From: Eledone cirrhosa
Taxonomy: Eukaryota
Length of the DNA stretch: 64,000 bases
Assembly: GCA_964016885.1 (NCBI GenBank)
Contig: OZ024742.1
Location: 80,352,001-80,416,000, forward strand
Direction of reading: 5' to 3'
Below are positions 39,448-52,293 of this stretch, one piece after another; position 1 is the first letter of the stretch; each line of letters begins with the position of its first letter. Position numbers and translations under genes: made by a program. The notes below the pieces were generated by a model. That model saw nothing but the letters and a program-made list of their open reading frames with translations, had not been told where the DNA came from and ran no database searches.

Positions 39448-40371
39448 ATTATTTTGTTATGTGGTGTTGGATGAGGAGAAAAGCTAGGTGATATAGTTTC
39501 TTACATAAAATATAGGAATAAATGTTATGCGTTATATTTTTTTACCCATTGTAATCTGATAGTAATTAATAATATTAAAATGTTAATTACATACGGACTT
39601 CTTTAACCTTTTCATGATCTTCTTAATTACTCTCATCTATGAGACATTACATGGTTTATTTTCATAGCATAAATTTCTTTGTACTTTTTTAATACACACA
39701 CAGGCACACCGACACACAGACACACACACAACATATATATATATATAACTATATCAATTTATTTATTTATATTCATATAAACACACATATATACACACAC
39801 ACTCACTCACTCCCACACACACTCACACACAAAGATATATATATATATATAATATGTATGGTAATTGTGCCTCTCAATAAAGAAAAAGAACGATCAGCAG
39901 AAACACCCTCTCCCCGTACAGCACCGCACTCTTTCATACACCCACTCATAGATCTACCACATCCAGACACACACCCACACCCAGGCCCTTCGCCTCACCA
40001 AATACATGCCAAAATATCGATGATAAACCAAAACACCACATCCCCGAAACTCACATCAACCATCGCTCCCCACCACCACCTCGTCATTATGTTCACCCCA
40101 CCCCCCTATCATACATGCCAAAATATTCCTCACAGAAAAACCACCAATCAAAACAAAAGGATCTGACCACCATATGAACACGAAACATTATAAACATATC
40201 TATGCTTTATATGATCGTTCTTTCATTGCCACAGCCGAGGTCCGGCGAGTATTTAATTCCAGAGTCGGGTCAGATCGATACAGATCGAACCTTGAGCTGA
40301 TCAATAGCGAAACGCGGGTAATCAATCAATAAACGTAATGAATACATAACAAATCGTCCTTTTATTATATA

Positions 40372-40741
40372 CTAGCATTAAAGCCCGGCGTTGCTCGGTG
40401 ACAGTAGGTTACCAAAGTTAGGTTGCACCACCCATTTTATGGCAGCACTTTTTTGTCTGCCAGGCACTGGGTGAATGAATTGCAGACCTGGACTGCCGAA
40501 GCAGGAGCTGCGGCAGCAGTGACACTTGTAGTTTCGCCTATGGATATTATCTATGTGCAAAGAAGTGTTGAAATTTATTGTTTCACAGTACTTGCGCAAC
40601 ACGCGCTTAGACGATGCCAGCCGAACAACAGAGCTGCGACGGAGTTGTTCTGCATCGTTGTCTAATGTGTGTTTTTTAATAAGTTCTCTTCGTTGACATT
40701 GATGTAAATAAAGATTTGACCGTCCCACACTTAAAAACAAA

Positions 40742-40823
<82 letters not shown>

Positions 40824-41223
40824 CTCTCTCTCTCTCACACACACACACCTTCTCTCTCTCACACTCCTTCATTTGTTTATCTCTTCTTTCTTCCGAGTTC
40901 CTAAAGGAAGTTTGTAAGGTTAAGCGTATATGAGAGAAAGTTACGACATGCATGTAGTTTTATCGAATTTTCAGGGGAGTAGAGAGAGGAATCAGATTGT
41001 AAGAGAAGGGTAAAGCGTCATGTATTTAGTTTTATCGATTGTCTCCGTAATTGTGGGTGAGTTTGAAGTAAATAAAGAGTCGTTGACCTAAGTTAGACCA
41101 TTTACAACATTCTTACAGATGTTGAGTCTAATCGGTTTGAAATTGTGCAAATGTATAAACATGGAACATGTACACACACACAGACATACACAACAACAAC
41201 AATCTGCCTTTTATAGATAATGA
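40372..41223 (-). mobile_element. Non-autonomous Helitron (~850 bp) related to the 17851-23824 element
   Basis: 5' TCATTATCTATAAAAGG, 3' hairpin + CTAG|T; both ends align to the large Helitron; internal (CT)n. Confidence 0.9.
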
Positions 41224-41239
41224 TAATGATGATGATAAA

Positions 41240-41896
41240 TCCAGTATTTTTCTTTCGATTTTTAAGGGAGAGGAAATCAGATTGTATTAGATGGGTAAAG
41301 CGTCATGTATTTAATGTTTGTCTCTGTCTCTCAGTCTCAGGCTCACTCCCTTATTTTTTCTCTCTCTCTCTAAAGGGAATTAGTAAGGAGTGGGTTTATA
41401 AGCGTATATAAGAGAAGGTTGCAGCATGTATTTATTTTCGATTTTTAAGGGAAGTAGAGAGATGTAATTAGATTTTATTAGAGGGGCAAAGCGTCATGTA
41501 TTAAAAGTTTTTCTCTGTCTCTCACTCTCTGGCTCACTCGCTTATTTTTTCTCTCTCTCTCTCTCTAAAGGTAATTTGTAAGGAGTGGGTTTATAAGCGT
41601 ATATAAGAGAAGGTTGCAGCATGTATTTTTTTTTTCGATATTTAAAGGGAGTGAGAGAGCTAATCAGATTGTATTAGAGGAGTAAAGCGTCATATATTTA
41701 GTTTTATCGATTATTTCCGTAATTGTGAGTGATTCTGAAATAAATAAATAGTCGTTGACCTAAGTTAGTGCATTTAAAACATTCTTACAGACTTTGAGAC
41801 GAATGGGTTTGAAATTTTGCAAATGTATAAACGTGGAACACGCAGACAAACACACACACACAACAACAACAACAATCTGTCTTTTATAGATAATGA
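41240..41896 (-). mobile_element. Second Helitron 5' segment with internal duplications, in tandem with 40372-41223
   Basis: Same 5' terminus (TCATTATCTATAAAAG) at 41896; repeated AAGCGTATATAAGAGAAGGTTGCAGCATG blocks. Confidence 0.8.
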
Positions 41897-42347
41897 TGTA
41901 TGCTTACATGCATACACACATACATGCTTACATATAGATATATGCATGCATGTATATTTCTTTTTATGTATATATGCATATATGCATTCAATTGTAGTGT
42001 CATATATTTGAAAAATTATATTGAAATAATATATTGAAATCTCAAGTAAACGAACTGATAATGAGTATTTAGTATGTATGCATATGGGTTTGCATGCTGT
42101 TGAGCGAGCAAGAAAATACATGTGTGCGCGAGTGGACAGTTGTATGTTTGACAACACATCTATTTGCACGCATTTGACAAGTTTGTTGTAAAGTAAAGAA
42201 AATAACTATATCGCTAAGCACGTTATAATCGAGAAAAAACTCCATATTAAGAACGAGAAAGAATATGACATGATTTTCTGTAGCATAAAGACAATGACGT
42301 TTGTCCTACGCAGCTATACGTTTAATTGCACATGTTTGTCAGTTCAG

Positions 42348-42463
<116 letters not shown>

Positions 42464-42778
42464 TGGTAGCTAAGATTCTTCCATAGGTGATATGCCGGTT
42501 GGGCACTCTATGCTCTTAAAGAGCAGAGTACGATAGAATAGAAAACAAAAAATCAGTGATGCATCTGAACTCAATTTATTGTGTGTTACGATTGTTTCGC
42601 CGGCGGACAGCTCGAAACGCGATTATTGTGTGGATCTGTCTGATTCTGGACCCGCAGGTTCGACGTACACGTCTAATGATTTCGGAGTATATTCTCTCAT
42701 TCTTAATCATTAGATGTGTCCGCCGAATCTACTTTTGGCACAAGGCCAGCAATTATCCCAGTGTAAAAATAATAATAA

Positions 42779-42810
<32 letters not shown>

Positions 42811-43059
42811 ATTTCTTTATTAACCACAAGGGTTTACATAAAGCAGACATTAAGGACAGTGCAGGACAATACAGTACGGTACAAATAGGCATTTCTGCGT
42901 GTAAAAAACAAAAACAGAGGATGTAACAAAAAAATAACAATGAAAAATTCCCCAATAGGGGGGACACTTCGGAGGGACATTTGTGGAGAAAGCCCAGTAA
43001 AAGGCCACAGTGACCCTGACCACCAAGGCAAGTGCCCTCTCCCAGTTTTCCACCTTCAT

Positions 43060-46000
43060 TTACAGATATATACTCAGAGTAGGCTCATTCACTCGGGCCA
43101 TTCTTGCTTCGCTCACCCATCTTTCAACAAAATGCTGGGAAGAGAGCACTTCCCTCTCTACTCTGATTTTCCTTTTCAAATGAAATTTGAAAAAGTCAAT
43201 CAGGGCATCACCGAAGAGGTAAGTGCTCGTCTTCAGCCCTTTCAAACGTGTCCACCATACTATCTCTTTCGCCATGGCCACCAGACAGATAAAAACTGGC
43301 TGCCCTTCCCGGCTAAAGGAGGAGGGCGGGGCAATCCTCACGATGGACTCAGATGATAGCCGGATCCGTCCTACACGCGAAAGCAGGTGTTCGACATAAA
43401 CCCATAAGTCAGCAATTTTCGAACACTGGACGAGTGCCTGCAGGACGGTTTCATCGCCCTGCGCGCATCTCGGACATGCCCGGCTGACGGCACCTATATG
43501 CCTGTAGAAATTATCTCGAACTAGCAAGGCTCCTCGGTAGCACTGCCAGGCCAGAGATTTCTGTAAGTTGTCCATAGGCCCCGGCCCGAAAGTTCTTCCG
43601 AAGAGATTGGCTCGTTGATTTTCGTCGACGCCTAGGGTTTCCCCAAGTACGTAGTCGCTCTTCCCCTCCACTAATCCTCTATAGAACGCTGAGGTGGAGT
43701 TTCCACCGATGACGTTGCCCGATTGGTCGAGGGCTGTGAGCGCCTGAAGACATTCCAGTCTCCAGGCGCTCCCTCTCGGTCTTCGCTTGACCCAGGACTG
43801 CAGCTCCGTCAAGTAAACGATCTGGGGAAATACGAGTCTAGCAAACGGTGACCACACCTGATCACCGTCGAGGAAGAGGTGGAGATGTCGTAGCCCGAGC
43901 GCGTGCATGCGCATCATCAGCCACGGCATGCCCAGCCCTCCACGTAGCGAGTGTTGACAACAGATGACCGCCTGACCATCGGAGCGCTTCCCTTCCACAA
44001 AAAGCGAAAGAGTAAACGCTCCAGCGCAGTCAGGCGAGGCTTAGGACAAGGTACGACGGTCAGGCGGTAGCAGATGACAGACGCGATGTACGCATTAGCC
44101 ACCTCCGCTAGACCTTTCAGGGATAGCTTCCTCTCCACCCATTTCTGGGTGAGAGAAGCCACCCTGCTCGTCACCTCGTCCCAGTTTTTGTCAGTCTGGA
44201 GGTCCGGACCGAACCAGACCCCTAGCAATTTAACCGGTCCGTCCGTCCAGCGTCCGACGGCATGGACCTGCCACTCCAGGTGCCGAGCTGCAGGCCCACT
44301 GACTTTTCCTGGTTGATCATTGCTCCTGTCACCGCTTCGTATTCTCTTAGTGTAGTGCCGATCGCCTCGATGTGTTTGGCGTTCGACATCACTACGGTGA
44401 TATCGTCCGCATATGCTGACACGGATCTTCCGCATCCTATTTCGCGCGGGACGCCCCTCAAAGTCTGCAGTTTGTGCAGTAATGGCTCGAGAGTCAATAC
44501 GTACAAGAGGGACGAGAGGGGACATCCTTGGCGGACCCAGCGCATGATGTTGAACGGTTCCGAAAGGTGACCGTTTACTCTCACCACAGAGCAGATGTCG
44601 CTGTGCATGGCAGCGATCCAGCCTCTGAAGACGGGCCCAAAGCCCCCCGCCCCCAGGACTGCCGCTAGGTAACGATGGTCGACCCTATCGAAAGATTTCG
44701 ACTGATCTAAATTGATCAAGGACCCACCCGTGCCAGTTTCCCTAGCTTCCCTCTCTACGATGTATCGCATGTGGTGGAGGTTGTCGTGGATGGATCTGTC
44801 GGGAATGGATCATGTCTGCGCCTCTCCCACCAGACCACCAACGACAAGCGCCAACCTCTTTGCTAGCACCTTGGCCAAAATCTTGAACTCTGTGTTTAGC
44901 AGAGTTATGGGCCTGAAATTATCTATGTTATCCCCCTTGTTCGGATCCTTTCTCAGCAGTGCCACCGCTCCTCGCTCACAGAACTGGGAATTCTCCCGTT
45001 CTGTTGCCAGTTGCAGGAGACGTCCGCCAAGAGGCCTCCGAACAAGTCTAGCATCTGTACGTAAAGTTCATAGGGCAGACCATCCAAACCAGGCGATTTA
45101 CCCCTTGTGCAGCCAATCATTGCCACCCGTACTTCAGCGGCTGTTATCGGCTTTTCGCAACACTCCGCCTCAGTGGTCGAGAGCCGCGGCAGTCTGTCGA
45201 GATAGACACTAAAGTCCATCCCTCGACCCGGCCCACCGCTGCCCCCGAACCGCTGAGTGAAGTGTCGCTGAAAAGCTTCACACATTTGCCCGGGATTGAG
45301 TAGCATGCGCCCGTCGTGGTCCGACAAAGACCGGATCGTGGCTTTGTTGCCACGACGCGCCTCCGCCAATCGGGCCTATTGAACGGCTATCGTCCCTTCG
45401 TGTCTGAGAGCACGCACCCTAGCTCTGACAACGCAGCCTTCGTGCTTTGCATTGAAGAATTGGTCAAGGGCCAATTTCGCCGCAAGCACGTCGGTCGCAA
45501 TGCCTTTGCTAAGCGCCTCGTCTAATTTTCTAGCTAGTTCTCCCTCTGCTCTATTTTTCGCTATTGCTAAAGCCTTACTAAACCTAATGGATTCTATTCT
45601 AATCGCTCTTTTCAGGGCAAACCACCACTTGTTGTTGACGATGGCCCCCGTCAACGCCCGCTTAACTAGTTCGCTAATCCGGTCTATGTAGGCCTTGCGC
45701 GCTGGTAAGGACGCGTTTAGCTTTCAGTAGCCGGGTCCTCGTCTATGAAGCCTATCTAAGTCAAGCACACAGATCACGAATTTGTGGTCCGTGTAGCTGA
45801 CTATCTTAAATTGTGGACAGCCTATGCTAGACCTATCTATTTCCCTACAAAATACTCTATCTAGATATGATCTGGATGAACCTATGCGATTTGTCCAAGT
45901 TCACATTGGCACATTCTGGAAATCCAATCGGTACCTGTCAGAGAGTTAAAAACGCCTAAGCAGGTTGGTGAGGCTCTTGCACCCTCCACCCCTATCCGCT

Positions 46001-46463
46001 AATCCCACACAGTCCCAGCGTGCATATAAGATCCTGTTCCAGTTGCCCACTAACACTAAAGAGCGGGAGGTTCCAAGAAAGGTCACCAGACGCCGGAAGA
46101 AATCAGCCCGCCCTGTTCCTGTCGGGGGATAGACGGCCACTAGCCTGAAAGCTTGCCCGTCTCCGCTGGTCACGTCCAGCACCACCAACTTACCCTCTGG
46201 GTCCAGGAAGATGGCCCGTATGGCGAGATCCAAACCTCTCCGAAAAAGCACAGCAACTCCTCCCCCGATCCAGGACGGCTGGGAGATGCGTACACATCGT
46301 AGCCGCCGAAGATCGGTGCGAAGGCCCGTGCTTTGGAGATTCTGGTCTCGCTGATGGCCATTAAATCTATGTTTAGTGACCTGAGATCGTTGAGCAGGTG
46401 ACCCTGCTTCCATGACGACCCCAAGCCACGCGCATTTATGCTGCCTATTCTGAGTGAGGTCAT
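43060..46463 (-). pseudogene. Tx1 ORF2 of copy D (APE-EN, RT, C-terminal zinc finger), disrupted
   Basis: ORF fragments 46170-46463, 45946-46413, 45376-45654, 44953-45369, 44222-44770 (VRQGCPLS, SAYADD), 43060-43998. Confidence 0.92.
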
Positions 46464-46498
46464 GTTTAAAATAGAGTGGAAAAGATGGGAAAGACCAC

Positions 46499-48596
46499 TT
46501 ACCGTACTTTTCGTAGAGGAGGGATGGTTTTTACATCCCTTTTCACTTGATCGTCTGGTGAATGGACCGTTGAATCGTTCCTTCGGCTGGTCGTCGGCTA
46601 TTCTATGAGTATGTCCGAATATACTCTTCGGTTGAGTGTCCCTCCCAGGTCTCTGAAATCACCAACTGCGTTGTGGAATTTCGTTTTAATGTTTGTGTAT
46701 TGTTTCTGTGCTATTTTTAGCAGTCTTATGTTAGTTGGCGTTTTGATTGGTGCTGGTTTTATGTAGTCATGTTGTGAAATGTCTGTGTGTTCAATTATGT
46801 AAGTCATTAGTTTCTTGTTGTGTGTATTTATTGCCGTGCATTTGTTTTTCTGGGGGTGGGGTGTGGTTCTGCTATTTTCTTGTCGTTGTTGTTGGGTGTG
46901 TGTGTTTTGTTGTTGTGTTTGCGATGTTGGTGCTTGTGGTGGTGGTGTTGAAGGTGCTGTTGGCGCTGGGATTGTCGCTGGTGGTGATGGTGGTGTTAGT
47001 GTGGGTGGTGATGGTGTTGGTGGTGTTGCTGCTGTGAGTCTCTTTGCAGTAGCCTTTACCCTTTTTTAATTTCTTTCCTCCCTTTTCAAAGGCGACGATG
47101 CGCTGCTTCTGCGTTTGTGCCTTCTTACGACCTTTTGCCATCCCTCTCCCACCTCACACTCCATGTCTGATTCTGTGAGGTAGGGGAGGGGTACCAGCTC
47201 CACTCTTTCACTTGTTGTTGTTGGTGATGTTTTCACTGGAGTCTCTGTTGCAGCTGCATTTGCTATTGCTGTTGTTGTTGTTAATACTTCCACTGCTGCT
47301 GCTGTTTTTGATTTCCGTGGCGTGGGTATGGGTGCCACGGACCTATCATTCCTGGTTGCCGCTTGTCCTGTTGTTGGTAGCCGTGGAGCCGGTTTCGTAA
47401 GGAGGGGTTTTTTCTCCTTTCTCAGGGTCTTCTCGTTGCAGAAAGCCCTGAGGTGCGTCTTCGATCCACAGCGAAAGCATTCCGGGCGTTTGCCCTCAAC
47501 ACTTAGGGGCAGTTGAGTGCCGTTATCGAAGTCTATCACATCCGGGATAGCTTCGATGCACTCCTGGTTGGTTTGGATTAACATCTCAATGGAGGTGCCG
47601 ACCCAATCCTCTCTTACTTTTTTATGTACTTGCAGTACAGTTGTTTTGTCCTTGATTCCGACGAGGACAGACGCGGCCAGCCAAGAAGGGGCCATCCCGT
47701 CGTGGGTCAGTTTGATCCTCACAATTTTTTGCCCGCAGAAGGAGGGCACCAGCACCATTTCCTCGCTCCTTAGGGTCACCAAGGATTGAGCCTTTGGCTC
47801 CTGGGGTGTTGCAAAATGTACGTCTACGGTGGCATATTTTTTGCCTCGGGTGATGTGCGTTTTCCGCTGCCACACAGACCCCAAGGCTTTTTGTATTTGA
47901 GCCTCTGTGGCTCTTTCAACCCTACGGGATTTTGTACTTACTGTACGGGACGTGACCGAACAGTGCTGTTGGGTTTCGAAAAAATTTTCCGCGGCCTTGC
48001 AGATTGCTCGGTGTCCACTTTTTGACACCATCTTCTTCGCTTCCTCTAATTCCTCATTTATTATGAGGATGGTTTCCAGGTTCTTTGAGATACCTGCAAA
48101 CGAGATTGGTTTTTCTTTGCTGCTGTTGTTGTTGTTGTCGTCAGAGCTGCTGTTACTTTTGTTGTTGCTGCAGGTACTACGACTACTGCCGCCGCCGCTG
48201 TTGCTGTGGTTGTTTTTGTTGTTGCTGTTGCTAATGCTGTTGTTATTTATACTGCTGCTTATGCTGTTGCGGCTGCTACAGTTGTTTTCATTGTAACTGT
48301 TGTTGTTGTTATTACGGCTGCTACTGCTATTATTCCTGACGTCAGACGAATAAAAATGGGTTTTCGTATTTCCCGCACACCTGTTTCGTCGTTGTCGTCG
48401 TCGTCGTGGAGAAATCTTGCACGCTTTGCACGAGACTTTTCTTTTCTGTCGTCGCTTGCGAAAGAGAAGGGAGGGAGGGAGACACATTTAAAGAAGGGAG
48501 GGAGAGAGGCAATCTTCTCTCTGCTGTAGTGACGATTGAGGAAGAAGAAGACGGAATGAGTGGGAGTGACCTATGAACATTCTTTTTTGTAGCCAT
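46499..48596 (-). pseudogene. Tx1 ORF1 (gag-like, CCHC knuckle) of copy D
   Basis: 473-aa ORF 47066-48487 containing CFRCGSKTHLRAFC; low-complexity N- and C-terminal tracts; frameshifts and stops. Confidence 0.85.
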
Positions 48597-48811
48597 ATTG
48601 TTTTGTTGTTTAAAATAAATATTGGGCACAAAACCCCAATAAGCAGTTATTTAACCCCGAAGGGCCAAAGAACGGGCAGAAAGACCCCTCTCACGAGGAG
48701 GAGGGTGTTTTTGTCTACAAGTTGGTTAAAGTTTTAAACAATTTACAATTGTTATAGCGGTCAAAATTTACAATAGCTTACAGAGCCGAGCCTCCGTCAA
48801 CCATAGCATTC

Positions 48812-48844
<33 letters not shown>

Positions 48845-49000
48845 TGTTTCCACTTTTAGCACAAGGCTAGCAATTAACCAGTTCATTACTGGTCCTTTAT
48901 TTTATCGACACGGTAAGGATGAAAGGCAAAGTAAACCTCGACGGGATTTGAACTCAGACCGTAAAGGGACGTAACTATGCTGGAAAGCATGGCGTCCGAC
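48845..49000 (-). mobile_element. tRNA-derived SINE directly upstream of Tx1 copy D
   Basis: SINE body match, 5'-truncated. Confidence 0.9.
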
Positions 49001-49001
49001 T

Positions 49002-49045
<44 letters not shown>

Positions 49046-49093
49046 CGTAAAATAAGAAAATTTTAAAAAATTAACTTACTTACTAAAATTTTC

Positions 49094-49174
49094 ACTCCAA
49101 CTAATTAGTTTCTGCAATGGGATAAAGACAGTTACGTAATAAACTGTCAAGAATTCATTGCGTCATCAGGGAGT
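49094..49174 (-). ncRNA. Type I hammerhead ribozyme
   Basis: Reverse complement of the 50117-50197 motif. Confidence 0.8.
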
Positions 49175-50116
49175 CTATTCTCAGCTAAGTCTCCAGGCAA
49201 TGCGCGGACACTGGGGACTCATATAAAAATAATAATAATTCGGTAAATGGAACAGCTAGCTGGGACTGGATTCCATGTACTGAAAAGCTCGCTGTCACTG
49301 GTCAAATGGCAGATTCTAAAGAATCAATCACGTGACACTGAGGCTAGTCGGTAGGAGTGGGATGGTAAGATGACAGAAGCCTACTAACACACCAATAAAT
49401 TAGTAGTGGTTTTGGCAGGTTTGCTCGACAAATAAGTAATTTGGAGATAAATATAGAGAATTTAGTATATCTAATAACATATGCGTACAGATGTACGCTA
49501 ATGCCAGCAAATACACAGGTTATGTCAAAGTACCTAGGTGGTTCAATGCAGGAGGATGCTGAACAATAATATAAAAGACGTAAAATAATAAAATTTTAAA
49601 AAATTAACTTACTTACTAAAATTTTCACTCCAACTAATTAGTTTCTGCAATGGGATAAAGGAGTGAACATTTTAGTAAGTAAGTTAATTTTTTTTAATTT
49701 TCTTATTTTACGTCTTTTATATTATTGTTCTGCATCCTCCTGCATTGAACCACCTAGGTACTTTGACATAACCTGTGTATTTGCTGGCATTAGCGTACAT
49801 CTGTACGCATATGTTAGTAGATATACTAAATTCTCTATATTTATCTCCAAATTACTTATTTGTCGAGCAAACCTGCCAAAAACACTACTAATTTATTGGT
49901 GTGTTAGTAGGCTTCTGTCATCTTACCATCCCACCCCTACCGACTAGCCTCAGTCTCACGTGATTGATTCTTTAGAATCTGCCATTTGACCAGTCACAGC
50001 GAGCTTTTCAGTACATGGAATCCAGTCCCCGCTACCTGTTCCATTTACCGAATTATTATTATTTTTATATGAGTCCCCAGTGTCCGCGCATTGCCTGGAG
50101 ACTTAGCTGAAAATAG

Positions 50117-50197
50117 ACTCCCTGATGACGCAATGAATTCTCGACAGTTTATTACGTAACTGTCTTTATCCCATTGCAGAAACTAATTAGTTGGAGT
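50117..50197 (+). ncRNA. Type I hammerhead ribozyme, predicted GUU cleavage after 50192
   Basis: ACTCC CTGATGA c-GCAATG..GACAGTT..AACTGTC..CATTGC-a GAAA CTAATTAG TT GGAGT. Confidence 0.82.
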
Positions 50198-50515
50198 GAA
50201 AATTTTAGTAAGTAAGTTAATTTTTTAAAATTTTCTTATTTTACGTCTTTTATATTATTGTTCTGCATCCTCCTGCATTGAACCACCTAGGCACTTTGAC
50301 ATAACCTGTGTATTTGCTGGCATTAGCGTACATCTGTACGCATATGTTAGTAGATATACTAAATTCACTCTCTCTATATATATATAGTAATAATAATAAA
50401 TGTGAAGCCTAAAATCCAAAGAGGGCTCGATAATGGTAAATATATATCAAATATATTTAACATTAAGGGTGAAAGCAGCGATTCTTTGCTTAATCATTAA
50501 TCTATTATTTTTATA

Positions 50516-50612
<97 letters not shown>

Positions 50613-50617
50613 CAGTG

Positions 50618-50669
<52 letters not shown>

Positions 50670-50795
50670 TTAGTACTTAGCAACGGAATTGCCAGCCAAC
50701 CAACACATCGTATATGGTCTAGCATAGTGTTGGTAAACAATAGTCGTTTTTAGCTTAGATACCATCTAGGTGCTGTAGTGTGTGTGTCTGAATGC

Positions 50796-50843
<48 letters not shown>

Positions 50844-52089
50844 ATGTGTGTGTGTGTATATATATGTGTGTGTGTGTATGTGTGCATGTGTGTGTATGTG
50901 TGTGTCTGCGTGTGTGTATACGAGATATATCTGAAACAAAAACAGGACAGTGGTTGCAATCAAAATATTTCAAACCCAAACTGCCTGTGTGCCTTTGTGT
51001 GTGTACCTGGGTCTGCGAGCATATGTGTTGATGACACACTCTGACATCGAAAATTTAATAGTTATCTTTGGAAATTGATGTGTTGACTGACACATATAAA
51101 TAGATATTGAGAAATCCTTACCAAGAACACCTCTTTATTTTCTCACTCCACTTTTGTCCATTAATTCATTGTTGCACAAAGTTGTTCAGACACTTGCGTT
51201 TTATTATTGTGATACGTATCATTTTCAAGGCAAATTTATATTGAAATACAAACATATAATTTAATTAGAAACAATCTCTATTAGACGAATGTAATACAAT
51301 CCTTTCAACTACTTATCTGTACGCAAATATTAGTGCCATCTGAATATAATTAACCTTAAGATTCCATCTCAAACAGGAAGTAGAATATTGCTGAAGAATC
51401 TAATTTTTATAATATGTATACGTGTATTCATTTTATCATGAGTATTTATGACATGGCTATTTATTATAGATCGCATTATGAAGATTTCAATTTTCATCAA
51501 TGTATATACTAATATATCTTTTGAAATAACTCTCTGTTTTGAAGGAATAATTGTAAACACCTTGAATAATGTTGTTCAATTTATAATCAATTTGAACACA
51601 TAAGTATAGATACATGCAGATACCTATATAATCCTGTTCAAATAAAAAATACACATACACATCTGTTCCCATACATGGACGTATGCATATAAAAAATATT
51701 CAATTAAGTATGGGTAAAATAGAAAAAAAAAGAGAGAAAACTTAAAAATAATGCCACTTACATTTTCAACCGATTAAATCTAACTGGATTCCCCAGTGTC
51801 ACAATCTTTTGTAACAGCTTAAAGAAAAACATCACCGAATAACTCAGCGGGGTATAACATTGATATTTAAAGGGCGGAACAAATTCAGTCTAACACACTT
51901 AATCCAACACACTTAATCAGATAGAAATAGAAACCTGACATTTTGAAGAAAACATACGAGGGAAGTCCGATAAGTAAATATAAGTAACCACATCTGTACA
52001 GTAGACTAAATGTTAGTAGATAAACAACGGTGTTTCTAAGACTCAAATACAGACTTTTTTGCATCACATAACTACAATAGCGCTTACAA

Positions 52090-52293
52090 TACGAGGGTTG
52101 GGGGGAAAGTTCATAGGCTGACCAAGATACCACCATGGAATGATCAAATGATGTTTATTTTTCAACACAGTGCCTGGAAAGAAACAGTGCAGTTCTTAAT
52201 AAGAAAAGTTAAAATTAATGCATGCAATATTTCACAGCCCGCGTATCACTACTTCATAGACAGCCTATAAACTATTTCAGACCACCCTCAGTA
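52090..52293. mobile_element. Mariner-type MITE (~200 bp)
   Basis: Imperfect TIRs TACGAGGGTTGG..AAAGTTCATAGGCTG / CAGCCTATAAACT..ACCACCCTCAGTA with TA ends. Confidence 0.6.

Larger units (their letters stand above)
42810..48811 (-). mobile_element. Tx1-clade LINE copy D, structurally complete (~6.0 kb)
   Basis: 5' GAATGCTATGGTTGACGG identical to copy B, ORF1 + 35-nt spacer + ORF2 + 3' UTR, (AAT)n on both flanks. Confidence 0.95.
49039..50365. mobile_element. Retrozyme/PLE-like non-coding repeat: 533-nt monomer, partial tandem in each of two head-to-head arms
   Basis: Minus arm 49039-49660, plus arm 49660-50365; near-identical; each contains a hammerhead; no credible ORF. Confidence 0.85.

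Noticed and set aside
40255-40330. GCT..AGC-GAAAC-GCGG-GTA hammerhead-like half; similar weak motifs at ~25440 and ~30815
   Set aside because: CUGANGA core incomplete and stem I unsupported
44712-45212. Long antisense ORFs over Tx1 and Helitron coding regions
   Set aside because: Expected shadow ORFs of GC-richer coding sequence; boundaries differ between copies
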